Made by a program: the position numbers and the translations under genes | Shown here: one piece after another, positions 36,868 to 51,409 of the stretch | Position numbering within the stretch: the first letter of the stretch is position 1 | Layout: the number at the start of each line of letters is the position of its first letter | Notes under the pieces: model-generated | Database searches by the model: none | What the model saw: the letters and a program-made list of their open reading frames with translations, nothing else | Told to the model about the DNA's origin: nothing | Assembly (NCBI GenBank): GCA_964016885.1 | Contig: OZ024742.1 | Location: 234,794,001-234,858,000, forward strand | Source: Eledone cirrhosa | Lineage: Eukaryota | DNA length: 64,000 nt | Direction of reading: 5' to 3'

Positions 36868-36953
36868 CAGAGCCTTCCACTTCAATGGTACAGAACCTTC
36901 TAATCCAATGGTACAGAGCCTTCTATTCCAATGGTACAGAACCTTCTACTCCA
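36868..36953. repeat. 23-bp tandem repeat (~3.5 copies)
   Basis: CAATGGTACAGA(A/G)CCTTCTA(A/T/C)TC repeated. Confidence 0.8.
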
Positions 36954-37263
36954 AGTTATTCTTGTTCATTCCCATGTCAGCCCTGTTTGAGCAGAGCAGA
37001 ACTATGATCAAAGAAATTCCTACAGGGGATAAATTAGCAGAGTTGTTAGAGCATACACCTTGCAGTATTTGTTCCAGCTCTCTGAATTCCAAGTTCTAAT
37101 CTCCCCACAGTCAACTCTGTCTTTTATCCTTTTGAGGTTGATTAAGTACTATTCCAGGGCAACAAATTGGCAGAATTGTTAGAGCATTAGAGGGGCTGCC
37201 TTGCAGAGTGTTTGTTCCAACCCTTTGTGTTCTGAGTTCAAATCTCACTGTGGCCTACATGGG

Positions 37264-39617
37264 TCATCATCATCATCACCGTTTTACGTCTGTTCTTCCA
37301 CGCCAGCATGGGTTAAACGGGTTGTCCTGTTGTGGGCAGTGTCTGGTCGGCTGACCATGCCTTGCTCATACAGGAAGTGATTTGGCTTGATTTCTACAGC
37401 TGGATGCCCTTCCTAACACCAACCTCATTTACAGTGAGTGCTGGGTGCTTTTTCGTGGCACCTACATGTCCACTTTACAGTGTGGGCTGGATGCTTTTTT
37501 GCAGTGGCTCCTCCACGACCACCTTGCATTGGGAGGATGTGGGGGCATATTGTCTATATGCTTCAGCTTGTACCCATGGGAGGTCGGGTACTCTGTATTA
37601 CTGCGTGACGCCAGAGGTCACGGTCGTGTGTCATCGCCTTTGAGAGGTGTAATTGGGTAAGGTCGGCTTTTATCACCTCATCCCAGGTCATCTTGTTGGG
37701 TCTCCCCACTCCGCGGTTTCCATCGACTTCTAGTGCTCTGCACCTTTTTATGCAGCTGTCATCCTTCATACGCATCACATGTCCATACCAACGCATCCGC
37801 CTCTCCTGCACACAGCATTTGATTCCTCTTATGCTCAGTCTCTCTCTCAATTCATTTATGCTTTTTTGTTCGCGTATATTACTGTTACACATCCATCACA
37901 GCATGCAGGCTTCGTTTCTCTCTAATCTACGTAAGTCTTCCACCTTCAGCGCCCAGGTCTCACTACCATGTAACATTGCTGTTCGGATACACGCATCATA
38001 CAGTCTGCCTTTCATTTTGAGGGAGAAGCTTTTTGCAGCTAGCAGTGGTAGTAGTTCCCTGAACTTCTTCCATCCCGTTCTTACCCTAGTTATTGTACTT
38101 TCTGAACACCCACCTCCGCTGCTAATTCGGTCACCTAGGTAGCAGAAGCTGTCTACTGTCTCTACAGAGCCCTCCCAGAGATTGGTGGTACTTGTTTCCT
38201 GTGGCTGTTTGCTGCTTGCTGTCCCAGTACAGCAGAAGCCTACATTCTTAATTAAGCTTCCTGAGATCCCGCTACATCTCTTGTGTACCCATTGTTTGCA
38301 TTTGGGGCAGAGAATGGAGTTCCTACCTACACCTTTCCTACATACTAAGCAACGCCATTTCCCTGAGGGGATCTGGGTTCTGTTTTCTCGTCTACTTACA
38401 AGGACCTTAGTCTTTGTCATGTTGACTTTGAGACCCTTTCTTTCTAGTCCCTGCTTCCAAGTTTGGAATTTCTTCTCTAGTTCTACCATAGATTCAGCTA
38501 TAAGTGGGAGGTCATCTGCATACAGGAGTTCCTATGGGCATCCGGTCTTAAACTCCTCTGTTATTGCCTGCAGGACTATGATGAACAGGAGAGGGCTAAG
38601 AACAGAGCCCTGGTGGACCCCAACCTGTACGCTAAATTCCTCGCTATACTCATTGCTAATCCTAACTTTGCTGACTGCTCCCCCATACATGGCTTGTACA
38701 GCTTTCACAAGCCATTCATCTACTCCTAGTTTTCTAAGAGCCCACCAGATTACAGCACGTAGAACTCTGTCAAAGGCTTTCTCGAGATCGACAAATGCCA
38801 AGTAGAGTGGCTTACTTTTAGCTAGGTACTTTTCCTGTAACTGCCTCACAAGGAAGAGGGCATCAGTGGTGCCTCTTCTTGGTACAAACCCAAATTGCAT
38901 CTCATCTAGTTTCACCCGGTCCCTAATCAACTGTGTTATAACTCTTTCTGTTACTTTCATGACCTGGTCCATCAGCTTTATACCTCTATAGTTTCCTCTA
39001 TCGAGTGCATCACCTTTACCTTTGTAGCAGTTGATAATGATGCTACTGCACCAATCTTTTGGTATGACACCTTCTAGTATTACCTGGTTAACAATACGTG
39101 TGGTTATAGTGTGACCTACAGACCCAGATGCCTTCAGCATCTCAGCAGCTATACCCGATGGACCGGTTACCTTCCCCATCTTCATATCTTTGATTGCCTT
39201 GCTTACTACGCTGCTGCTGACTTGTACTGCTGGCCCCTCTCTAGGGTTTACTTGGGGTAGGGTCTCTTCTTCCCATGCATTCTCCTCATTTAGTAATGTA
39301 TCATAATGACTCTTCCATGCATCTTTCTTCTCAGCACTTATGAGGGCAAGCTCACATCTTTATCATTCCGGATACACTTCTCTCCAATGACATCACAATT
39401 CTCTCTGACACACTGCCTCGCAATCTTGAACACCTCTTGTTTCTGGTCCTCACGTTGCAAAACATGCTTGAATTTTCTATCCTCTGGTTCCCTCCTAGCT
39501 AAGTATACTTGTCGCCTAGCTTCCCTCTTGGTCTCTATGTAATGTACCCTGCTCCCCCTGTTCTTCCATTCTTTCCATGCCCGTCTCTTGGCCTTAACTG
39601 CCTCATCTACCTTATTG
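37264..39617 (-). mobile_element. RTE LINE, 5'-truncated
   Basis: ORF pieces 39338-39617, 38532-39185, 37896-38489 and 37563-37892, plus 3' UTR and (TCA)n tail. Confidence 0.93.
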
Positions 39618-40904
39618 GGTAATATTAAACCATTGCCTGGTTTAACATTACCACTTGGCCCTTGGGTACTTTTAGCAGTGTTCACTTTGTTGCAAGCATT
39701 CAAGTCTGGTTTCCAGTTTGAGGATATCCTCTTCCCTCCCTCTCATCAGTCTGAGACCCTGATAAGGTCCAAGAGCACTGCATTTCACTCCATGATTAAA
39801 CATAAAAAAAAAGTTGTAACCATGCTGCTTTTTTTCCAGACATAATATATCCAGGACTACATTATCCAATGTACTTTTTGTTCATTAAGACAGTAGGGCA
39901 TGATTTGAGGAAAATTTGGCTGCTATTTTTAACAGGTTAAGAGTGCATACCATAGAGAGGTATACATGTTGGCTCATTTCTTTCTAAGTTGTATCCACAA
40001 TAGGAGCTTGCAAGTTCCTCTCTTTTTTTTTATTGGCTTTGTCATGGGCAACAACCATGACCCTTTCTAAGGCCTCTAAGACCTTGAGTAAGAGAAGTTA
40101 TTTACAGACAGGAAATCTGCCTCAAATCATTACAACATTTTGGACTATAATAAAGACACCTAAGGGCCAGGTGCTGGTATTAAACCCAGTGATGGAGCAT
40201 CAATTTTACAGTGCTGCTGTTGTTTAGAGTAGTGAATTCTTATTCAAAATTACCAATTTTCAGTTAAATAAACTGGTTCACATTAAGAGTTTTAAGTGTG
40301 ATGGGTATGGGACACAAGATCATGCTAGAAACAGGATACAATAGAATTGCTCTTCAGTTGGTTATCTGCCATCCTATCCACTCAACCATCAGCACCCTAA
40401 CATCTCTACAGGAAAGAAAATGTTCATTATAGAGAAAAAAAATAATAAATTTAAAAAAAATTTAAATGGTATAATTTTTGTTTATTTCTTTACAAGGGGG
40501 AGGGGGCTGCAAAATGATGACAGCAGCATTTAACAAACAGAAATAAAGGTTTGATGCTGTCTAGTCATGTCAATGTTACTGATTAGACAGTATGGTTACC
40601 GGAGTTGAGATCAGCATACTACAGAGATATACTGAAAGTTTCCATATAATAAACCTTGTCAGTTACAGTACTGTCACATCAGATAAAGTCAAAGCTATGC
40701 TTCAGCTGTTTTTGTCTATTTTTAATATATTTTTAATATTATTATTCATGATAATAATAAAAATATTTTGTGTGTATACATACATATATATATATGTATG
40801 TGTATATTCAATTCAGTTTAGTATCTCTTAATCCTGCAGAAAAAAAGCTGTAGCCTTTGCAACACAAGGGCAACAAATAGCATATATCAACTTTAACTGA
40901 TGAT

Positions 40905-40942
<38 letters not shown>

Positions 40943-41114
40943 TGTGTAAAAAATGTTTTTTTAAATTATTGTTTTGTAAATAAAAGTGTGAAACATAATT
41001 GAAAAAAGTAGCTTTCAAATTATCTGCAGTCAGGCTGTTGTTTAGAGAATCTTTCACCATTTTTAAAAATGTTTCTTTTAGTTTTGTTTATTTTTTGTTG
41101 TTAGTTTTTTAAAA

Positions 41115-41630
<516 letters not shown>

Positions 41631-41755
41631 TTTACATATTTGAATTTTTTTCTTTCTTTCTTCTGACAATATACAGTCTTGAAATTGATTAGAAGGAAAA
41701 ATAGTTTGGTTAGTGTTGATGAAATATCACATTTGAGAAATAAGTCTTCCTAGCT

Positions 41756-41893
41756 TTAGCATGGATCATCAGAATCACTCTCTGATGAAGAGATGTCATT
41801 CAAGTCCTGTACATTCGGCTGATAAACTGGCATATGTTTCGGACTCCAGGTTTTGGGAAGATGACGAACCAGACAATTTTTTTGATGTTTTGC
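41756..41893 (-). CDS. GPBP1: Vasculin/GPBP1-like gene, terminal coding exon
   Basis: ttttctatag|AKHQKNCLVRHLPKTWSPKHMPVYQPNVQDLNDISSSESDSDDPC-TAA, phase 0. Matches the vasculin acidic SSSE.SDD C-terminus. Confidence 0.85.
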   Translation of the reverse strand, partial: AKHQKNCLVRHLPKTWSPKHMPVYQPNVQDLNDISSSESDSDDPC

Positions 41894-42058
41894 CTATAGA
41901 AAAGAAAATATTTCATTTATATATATATATATATAATTAAAAATGTTTTTCTGAAGACGAACAAAAGAGAACTGCAGTTAAATATGGTATACAAGTCATT
42001 AGTAGAAAAGGTATATATTTACTTCTAAGAGACTAGAATTGTTTCATTCATTTGAAAT

Positions 42059-42095
<37 letters not shown>

Positions 42096-42112
42096 AATAG
42101 AGAGAAAGACAG

Positions 42113-43712
42113 CAAGATATGTAAAATCCCAACCATGCCACCAAGATATGTAAAATCCCAACCATGGCACCAAGATATGTAAAATCCCAACCGTGGCACC
42201 AAGATATGTAAAATCCCAACCATGGCACCAAGATATGTAAAATCCCAACCGTGGCACCAAGATATGTAAAATCCCAACCGTGGCACCAAGATATGTAAAA
42301 TCCCAACCATGGCACCAAGATATGTAAAATCCCAACCATGGCACCAAGATATGTAAAATCCAAACCGTGGCACCAAGATATGTAAAATCCAAACCGTGGC
42401 ACCAAGATATGTAAAATCTCAACCATGGCACCAAGATATGTAAAATCCCAAACATGGCACCAAGATATGTAAAATCCAAACCGTGGCACCAAGATATGTA
42501 AAATCCCAACCGTGGCACCAAGATATGTAAAATCCCAACCATGGCACCAAGATATGTAAAATCCCAACCATGGCACCAAGATATGTAAAATCCCAACCAT
42601 GGCACCAAGATATGTAAAATCCAAACCGTGGCACCAAGATATGTAAAATCCCAACCGTGGCACCAAGATATGTAAAATCCCAACCATGGCACCAAGATAT
42701 GTAAAATCCCAACCATGGCACCAAGATATGTAAAATCCCAACCATGGCACCAAGATATGTAAAATCCAAACCGTGGCACCAAGATATGTAAAATCTCAAC
42801 CATGGCACCAAGATATGTAAAATCCCAAACATGGCACCAAGATATGTAAAATCCAAACCGTGGCACCAAGATATGTAAAATCTCAACCATGGCACCAAGA
42901 TATGTAAAATCCCAAACCGTGGCACCAAGATATGTAAAATCCAAACCGTGGCACCAAGATATGTAAAATCTCAACCATGGCACCAAGATATGTAAAATCC
43001 CAACCATGGCACCAAGATATGTAAAATCCCAAACATGGCACCAAGATATGTAAAATCCAAACCGTGGCACCAAGATATGTAAAATCCAAACCGTGGCACC
43101 AAGATATGTAAAATCTCAACCGTGGCACCAAGATATGTAAAATCTCAACCATGGCACCAAGATTTGTAAAATCCCAAACATGGCACCAAGATATGTAAAA
43201 TCCAAACCGTGGCACCAAGATATGTAAAATCCAAACCGTGGCACCAAGATATGTAAAATCTCAACCATGGCACCAAGATATGTAAAATCCAAACCGTGGC
43301 ACCAAGATATGTAAAATCCAAACCGTGGCACCAAGATATGTAAAATCTCAACCATGGCACCAAGATATGTAAAATCCAAACCGTGGCACCAAGATATGTA
43401 AAATCCAAACCGTGGCACCAAGATATGTAAAATCTCAACCATGGCACCAAGATATGTAAAATCCAAACCGTGGCACCAAGATATGTAAAATCCAAACCGT
43501 GGCACCAAGATATGTAAAATCTCAACCATGGCACCAAGATATGTAAAATCCAAACCGTGGCACCAAGATATGTAAAATCCAAACCGTGGCACCAAGATAT
43601 GTAAAATCTCAACCATGGCACCAAGATTTGTAAAATCCCAAACATGGCACCAAGATATGTAAAATCCAAACCGTGGCACCAAGATATGTAAAATCCAAAC
43701 CGTGGCACCAAG
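42113..43712. repeat. 29-bp minisatellite, 55 units (CAAGATATGTAAAAT-N8-TGGCAC), in the last intron of the GPBP1-like gene
   Basis: Units counted by eye. Variation is confined almost entirely to an 8-nt window; one 30-bp unit near 42900. Confidence 0.97.
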
Positions 43713-43967
43713 CAGTTTCGGCTTGTGTGCTCAGCAAGCCTTTTCAAGAGTGTAGTAATATTTGTAGGGTGTGTAAAAATAGGTCACTAGTCTTGGTAGT
43801 GCTTTGGTCAAATTTATCACAGTAGTAAACTGAGCTGATGGAGAAAGTAGGGAGGGGGCAGAAAATGGGAAGTGTATTTGGACAGGCAAGGTGTCAAAAG
43901 AAGGAAATCGTGTGGTTGGGGGTTGAGATGGTTAGTGGGTGTGAGTGGAGTAGGAGAAGTGGTGTAA

Positions 43968-45206
43968 TCATCATCATCATCATTTAACGTCCATCTTCCA
44001 TGCTAGCATGGGTTTAGATGGGAATTGTCCCACGTGAGGCAAGATTGGTTGTCTTGCTCGTATAGGACTGTCTGGCAGGTTTTCTACGGCTGGATGCCCT
44101 TCCTAACACCAACCACGTTTACAGTGTGGACTGGGAGGTTTTTACCATGTTACCTACATGGCCACATTACAGCGTGGACTGTGTGTTTTTTTGTCATGGC
44201 ACCTACACGACCTCATTTATTTAGGACTGGATGTTGTGGTACCAACATAACTTTACAGAGAAAGGGGTGGTGTGGATGGGGGTAGAGGTAGCGGGACGGG
44301 GGTGTATTTTTGGTTAAGAGGTGCCTACTGACTGTAGGTTTCGCTTTGTACTTAGGCAAGGCGGGTCTTCTGTATTACTGCATAGCGCCAAAGATCTCGG
44401 TCCAGTGACATTGTCTCGGAGAGGTGTAAATGTGTAAGGTCGGAATTGATCAAATCGTCCCAGGTTTTTCTGGGTCTGCCTACTCCGTAGCTTCCATCTA
44501 TTTTGATCGCACTGCACTTTTTTATACAGCTGTCGTCTTTCATGCACATCACGTGACCAATCCAATGTAGTCTTCTCTCAAGTAAACAGCATCTGATCCC
44601 TCTTATTCTTAATTTCTCACTTAGTTCATTTATGCTTTGCCATTCACGTATATTACTATTACACATCCAACGGAGCATGCAAGCTTCGTTCCTCTCCAGT
44701 CTGCACAGATCCTCTGCACACAATGCCCATGTCTTACTGTCATGTAACATTGCTGTTCGTATGCAGGCATCATACAGCCTGCCTTTCATTTTTAGAGAGA
44801 AACCTTTAGCGGCCAATAGTGGTATAAGCTCTCTGAACTTTTTCCATCCCGTTCTAACTCTTACTACTGTACTTTCAGAGCACCCTCCACTACTGCTGAT
44901 TTTGTCACCCAGGTAACGGAAGGTGTCCACTATTTCTATAGAACCATCTGGGCAATGGAAGGAGCTAGTATCCTGTGGGCACTTGCTACTACTTATTGCA
45001 CCTGAGCACCGGCCACATATAAAATCTATGTTCTTAGTTAGCTTACCTGTGATCCCACTACATCTTTTATGCACCCATACTTTGCATTTGGGACATAAAA
45101 TGGAGTTTCTGCCTACTCCTTTCCTACACACTGAGCATGGCCATATCCCAGAAGGGACCAGTGCCCTATTTTCCTTCCTACACACTAGAACTTTAGTCAT
45201 GGTCAT
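43968..45206 (-). mobile_element. RTE LINE 3' portion
   Basis: ORF 44352-45206 (PHD + RT C-terminus), 3' UTR and (TCA)n tail. Confidence 0.93.
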
Positions 45207-45859
45207 AGAAATAGGAGTGGAGGTGAGGGGTAATGCGTAAATTTTGATTTAGCTGCTATTTCTAGCAGGTTGAATAACCACTTTGAGGCTATATCTAATG
45301 TTAAGTTATCTTTTTTTCAACAATAGCAAATCTGTTTTCCATGCCAATATAAGATGAGTTATAGTAGTAGAGACAGTTAACTAATAATATTTGAGATCTT
45401 TGGCATTATGCAGTAATATAGAAGACTCATTTTCCCATGCACACGGACTGAAACATACATCTAGTAGGATCTCTTAACCACTATACTCTCCCTTCCATAC
45501 ACCTTCCACACCCCAAAATCCACTGTTCACACCACCCTTACACTGTAAAGTTGTTGTGTTGGTGTCACAACAAAAAGCACTCAGCCTACACTGTAAAGTA
45601 GTCATGTAGGTGTCCTGACAAAAAGCATCCAGCACATACTGTAAATGTGGTTGGCGTTAGGAAGAGCATCCAGTTGTAGAAACCAAGCCAGAAACAGTTC
45701 TGTGTGAGCAAGACACAATCACCTGATCCAACTTGCCTCAAATGGGACAACTCGTCTAACCCATGCTAGCCTGAAAAATGAACATTAAATGACGATGATG
45801 ATTTTCCAGATATCAAAATTGATAGCCCAACAATTCCTTTTAGATTTATAAAAATTATC

Positions 45860-47280
45860 AATCATCATCATCACCGTTTAATGTCAATTTTTCCACGCTA
45901 GCATAGATAAGATGAATTACCCCGTTGTGAAACAAGCCAGGTCAAATGACCCTGTTTTGCTTATAATACATGACTGGTTTTGGCTTGCTAACACCAACCA
46001 CTTTACAATGTCAGCTGGGTGCTTTTTGTCGTGTCACCTACATGACCACTTTACAGTGTGGGCCGAGTGCTTGGGTGAGGGGGCAGTGAGGTAGATCTAG
46101 GTGCATGTGTTCAGGGTAGAATGTTCAAGCACAGGTGGAGTGTCATGTCATGGGAGGTGCAAGAGGGGGAGGGAATTGGATGAAGGGAGGGGCGTTAGGA
46201 TGTGGAGGTGAATGGAAGGGGGAGGGAGAAGGTAGTACATACAAGATGTATGCTTCAATCCGGAAAAACATGGAAAAACGAGTCATCGTCTTCAAGATGT
46301 GCAATTGTGCAAGATCAGCTTTTATCATCTCATCCCAAATCTTCCTACACCATAGCTTTCATCAACTTTGAGCCCCCTGCACTTTTTTATACAGCTGTCA
46401 TCCTTCATACACATCACATGTCAGTACCATTCTCCCCTCCTGCTCACTACATCTGATCTCTTTTTTACCCAGTTTCTGTTTCAGTTCATTTATGCTTTGC
46501 TATTCATATATATTACTTTTACATTCATTGAAGCACATAGGCTTCATTTCTTTCCACTCTTCATAGGTCCTCTATATACAGCACCCAGATCTCACAGCCC
46601 TGCAACATTGTATTATATAATCTGCCCTTTATTTTGAGGGGAAAACCTTTTAAGGTAGTAGCTCCCTGAACTTTCTCCATCCCTCTCCACAGCTAATTTG
46701 GTTGCCTAGGTAACAGAAACTATCAGTCTCTACTACCAAGTCCTCTGGGTATTTAAAGGAGTTAGTATCCTGTAGGTTGTTGTTAATTAATGCACCTATG
46801 CATTGACCACATGTAAAACCTATGTTCTTTGTTAGCCTACCTGAAATTCCACATCTCTTGTGTACCCATAGTTTGTATTTGGGACATAGGATGGAGTTTC
46901 TAACTACTCCTTTCCTGCACACTGAATAAGACCATTTTCATGAGGGAATCTAGGCCCTGTTTTCCTTTCCACATACTAGGAGTTTTGTCATTATCAGGTT
47001 GACTTTAAGACCTTTAGATTCTAGGCCTTGCTTCCAGGTTTGGAATTTCTTCTCTAGATCTGCCAGAGATTCAGCTATAAGGGTTAGTTAAACAGCATAC
47101 AGAAGCTCCCATGAGCAGCCAATCTTAAAATCTTCTGTTATAGCCAGCAGGATGATAATAAACAGGAGAAGGCTTGATGTACTCCTACCTACATGCTAAA
47201 TTCTTCACTGTAGTCGTTAATTCTAACCTAGCTGACTGTTCCTCTATACATGGCTCATACTACCCTCGCAAGCCATTCAA
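45860..47280 (-). mobile_element. Decayed RTE LINE
   Basis: CRKGVVRNSILCPKYKLWVHKRC, FCYLG and other RT motifs with many lesions; tail at about 45860. Confidence 0.8.
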
Positions 47281-47380
47281 TCAATAAAATTTCTTGGGAA
47301 TAAATCAACATAAAGATATCAATATTTGAGAGGACAAAAATCTTAGGATCAGAAAAATTGACAAAAATTATCTAACTTAC

Positions 47381-47578
47381 TTGATTGGTTAATTTTTGAA
47401 ATTCTTTCTTGTCATCTTCAGTTATAACATATTCTTCTTCAGTTTCATTCCAGCCCATTTCTCGCAGAAGTCTTTGTTCTGCCTCTAGAGAGCTTGAAAG
47501 GAGCGAAGTGCTGTTGTCTTTCATTGACAATAAATCAATTCCATTAACTAGTTCTTGAGGAGAATTGCAAACATAGTT
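47381..47578 (-). CDS. GPBP1: Vasculin/GPBP1-like gene, exon with the conserved vasculin motif
   Basis: ttttcag|NYVCNS...LLSSSLEAEQRLLREMGWNETEEEYVITEDDKKEFQKLTNQ|gtaagt, 198 nt, phase 0/0. SLEAE.RLL..MGW...TED..KEF is the GPBP1/GPBP1L1 signature. Confidence 0.92.
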
Positions 47579-48668
47579 CTGAAAACAAGAGAAAGAACAA
47601 AATATCAACTCTTAACATCCTGTAATGATTTAGTAGAAAATATACAAAAATGGAGTTTGTCAATTCAAATATTTATATCTTTACTAATGTACAAATTATT
47701 ATGGAAATTATTATTATTAGAGTAAAGACTTCAACTTTTAATGTGATGCAGTCATAGTGCTGTTTTGTACTTTTCAAGAATGTTTTATTAATGTGGTTTC
47801 ATATGATACAATGTTAACAGTTAACAGAAGTTATTCATAATAACTACTTTTATTGATTTTATATTTATTTTTTATTCATATGACAAGCTAGCATAACTTA
47901 TTTATTTATTTAATATCAACATTAATCCATTTGTTGTTGTGTTTGAATTAGTTTTGGATGGATTTACTAAAATTAGGAATTATTTTTATTATTATTAAAA
48001 TGGTATTTGTAACCTAACTTAAAAGTAAAACTGTGTTGTAAGGTTTTAATTTGAATAGAAACTCTTTACAATAGGTTGTTTTGTTTCATAGAACCAGAAG
48101 CAGCTTGGGGCATGCTGGTATGAAAAAGGTTAAATGCACAGCCAACAAACTTGATTTATAAGAAGGTATGTAATTTGAAGGCTGCGACAATGCAAAAGGT
48201 GATGTACAATTTAAGATAAAAGAAGGTAACAAAGCTGTTCTATGTTACCAGTTCTTTACTCACATACAGCCTTAATTTTCGAGATAAAATCTTACAAAGC
48301 ATTTTCCTTACTAAAGTGCTACTGACTCCTCAAATGGACCAGGGGCCTGCATGTCACATACATTCCGGCACTCTACTGAGTGCTCAGATAGGTTAATGAC
48401 CAGCATCTTGCTTACACACACTCCCATGTTCTACTGAGTGCATTTTATTGTGACACTAACATTAGGGACGTTGTTCTGTCTTTGACACAGCAGTCCTTCT
48501 GCACTAGATTAAACAGCAATTCAGTGAATAGGTGAAATAACTCATAGAAATGTAGTTCTTTACAAGAGGAATACATTAACAACACAACAAGGTTCTTTAT
48601 CAATCTAACTGCTGAATGTTCTTTCTTCTTCCAATCCTACTTTAATGGAAAGTTGATGAGAAACTTAC

Positions 48669-48794
48669 TCGGTTCCCTTGTGATTTTACTACTCTACCCT
48701 GACCAGGGGTATTGTCCGAATTATGGGAAGGATAGTCATTGTCTAGCTGACATGTCAACTCATTGCCTTGACTATTACACAGTTGATGAATATC
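48669..48794 (-). CDS. GPBP1: Vasculin/GPBP1-like gene, internal exon
   Basis: actttcag|DIHQLCNSQGNELTCQLDNDYPSHNSDNTPGQGRVVKSQGNR|gtaagt, 126 nt, phase 0/0, no stops. Confidence 0.75.
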
Positions 48795-49339
48795 CTGAAA
48801 GTGAAAACCAAAATGAAGAGATGAAAATATTACAAAATTCTTTTAATCTAAAATAAATAAATAAATAAATAAATAAATAAAAATAAAAAATATGAAAGAA
48901 CAATGGTTTCTAATTTAGGCACAAGGTCAGCAATTTGAAGGGAGTGGTTAGTTAATTAAATCAACCTCAGTACTTTATTGGCCCTAGAAGGATGAAGGCA
49001 AATAGAATGAGATAGCAGGAATTGAACTCAAGAATGCAAAAAGCCAAAACAAATTATGACAAAGGATTGAGAGGGCTGGCACTATGCTGTGATGAAGACC
49101 CAGCCACAAGCATACAATATGACCTGACCCATCTATGTGTCCTCTCCCATCCACTAGCACTCCCCAGCAGTTATCCTCACCATCACTGCACCCTCTCATC
49201 CACAACTTATACCCTTGAACTGTAAAAAGAAAATAATTAATAAATATAAGGACCCATAACTCTTGATAGAGTCATAGGTATGTTGTCTTGATATACAGGA
49301 CATTAAACATTAAACTAATTTTGATCTTATTATTGGAAA

Positions 49340-50718
49340 AATGTGGGGAGCAGAGACCATTATCAGGTAGCTAAGAGAGAAGCTAGACAACAAATACACA
49401 GCTCAGAGAGAGGCAGAAGAAAAAAAGTTTTCCAATGTCCTGAGACATGAGGATCAGAGATGCCAAGTGTTCCACATTGCAAGGCTGTGTGTCAGTGTGA
49501 ATTGTTGAGGACAATCATCATCGTTTAACGTCTATCTTCCACGCTAGCATGGGTTAGACATTACACCAGTGCATTTAACACCACTGATGCTCAAAAGAAA
49601 GAGGTCTGAAAATGTTTCAATGAGAGACCTATGAATGTAGAGAATAAATGTGAGGAAGAGAAACTACCCCCCAACCTATCCAACAGAAAGGCCAGCCATT
49701 GAAGTTGACAGTTATAGGGTTAAAGAAACAATCAAAGAGATGAAAACTGGTAAAGCTGCAGGACCATCAGAGATAGCTGTTGAGATGCTAAAAGCATTGA
49801 GAGAAGAGGGAGTCTAATAACCCGCATAATCAACCAGGTAATACATGACGGTGTCAAACCCAATGACTGATGTAGCAATACAATTGTAAATTGCTACAAG
49901 AGCAAAGGTGATGCTCTAGAAAGGAGCAACTATAGAGGAATAAAACTAATGAACCATGTTATGAAAGAGATGCAGTTTGGTTTAATGCCTGGGATAAATA
50001 CCTCTTTTTAGTGAGGCAACTACAAGAGAAGTTCGTAACCAAAAATAACCCACTATACATAGATTTTGTTGATCTAGAAAAGGCATTTGACAGAGTACCT
50101 CAATCTATTATCTGGTGGTCTTTAAGGAAATTTGATGTAGAAGAATGGTTGATGAGAGAGGAGCTGTTCATCAAGATTCGGTTCTTAGATCACTACTATT
50201 CATTATAGTTCTCTAGGTTATAACAGAAGAGTTTAAGACCGGCTGCTCATGGGAACTTCTCTATGCAGAAGATCTGGTCCTATAGCTGAATCCATTAAAG
50301 AACTAGAAAATAAGTTCAGACTATGGAAACAGAACTTGGAATCAAAAGGTATGTGACTAAACTTAGCCAAAACTAAAGTGCTAGTGAGTAGGATAGAAGA
50401 TAGAACCCCGATTCCTTCAGGGATGTATCCCTGCTCACTATGTAGAAAGGGAGTAGACAGAAATTCCATAAGATGTACACAATGCAAGTCTTGGGTACAC
50501 AAAAGATGTAGTGGGATAACGGGTAAACAGGAAAGGAAGTCTTTGTATGTAGTAGATGCACAGAGGTAACCAAGGGGAAGAGAGCCTGTGGGATAAACCT
50601 ATTCCAGTCAGAGGAAAGACCCATAGAAGTGGTTGATAGCTTCTGCTATTTAGGTGACGTAATTAGCAACGGAGGAGGGTGCTCTGAGAGCTAGAATAAG
50701 GACAGGATGGAAAAAGTG
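49340..50718 (+). mobile_element. Decayed RTE LINE (short-UTR-like subfamily)
   Basis: KTGKAAGPS, CYKSKGDA, FVDLEKAFDRVP and PHD motifs, fragmented. Confidence 0.85.
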
Positions 50719-51275
50719 TATTGGGTGCATTTTTCACGGCATCAACACTAATGAGGTTGTCAGTCATTGACTTGATTGAAGGACTCTCTCTCTACCCTAT
50801 TGGAGGGAAAGGGTAGGATTAGGGAAGAGAGGTAAGAAGGATGGTATGAATTATGTATTAAGAGTTTAACCAGGTAATAAATTAGCCCCCCCCCCCCCCC
50901 ACACACACACACACTTAAGAAATGATGCAAGTTCAGTGAGCTTCTGCACAATTTCCATCTACCCAGTTTCATTCATAAAATTGAGAATGACAAAAAGCTA
51001 TGATAGAAAACACTTTTCAATGTACCCTATAGTGACACTGACTGTAGAACCATAGAATTACAAAGTGAACTTCTTCATCACAACGCCATGCTTTCTCCCT
51101 TCAGTTCAAATATTTGAATTGAAATAATAAATAAATGAACAATGAATTTTAAACAGTAATCCTACCATTATAGATAGGAGTATTTACAGGGAACATGAAC
51201 ATTATTAAAGATGTTGGACTAATTTATGATATAATAGAAAAGATATTTCTAGTTCAGAAATATCAAATGACTGAC

Positions 51276-51409
51276 CTCAGCTGGAGGGAAATACTTGTAA
51301 ATATCATCAACAGGGTGAGGAGAGTCCCTTTCTGGATCCACTGAATAGTTTTGATAATCTATGTCATTTCTTGTGAAAAGACTTTCAGATTTGGCCAGAA
51401 CAGAGTTAT
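51276..51409 (-). CDS. GPBP1: Vasculin/GPBP1-like gene, internal exon
   Basis: atttcag|(G)AT-NSVLAKSESLFTRNDIDYQNYSVDPERDSPHPVDDIYKYFPPAE|gtcagt, 134 nt, phase 1/0. Confidence 0.75.

Noticed and set aside
42113-43712. CRISPR-like array (constant 21-nt block alternating with a variable segment) and long minus-strand ORFs
   Set aside because: The variable part is only 8 nt drawn from about five related variants, not unique spacers. There are no cas genes and the context is a eukaryotic intron. The ORFs arise simply because the unit lacks stops on that strand.
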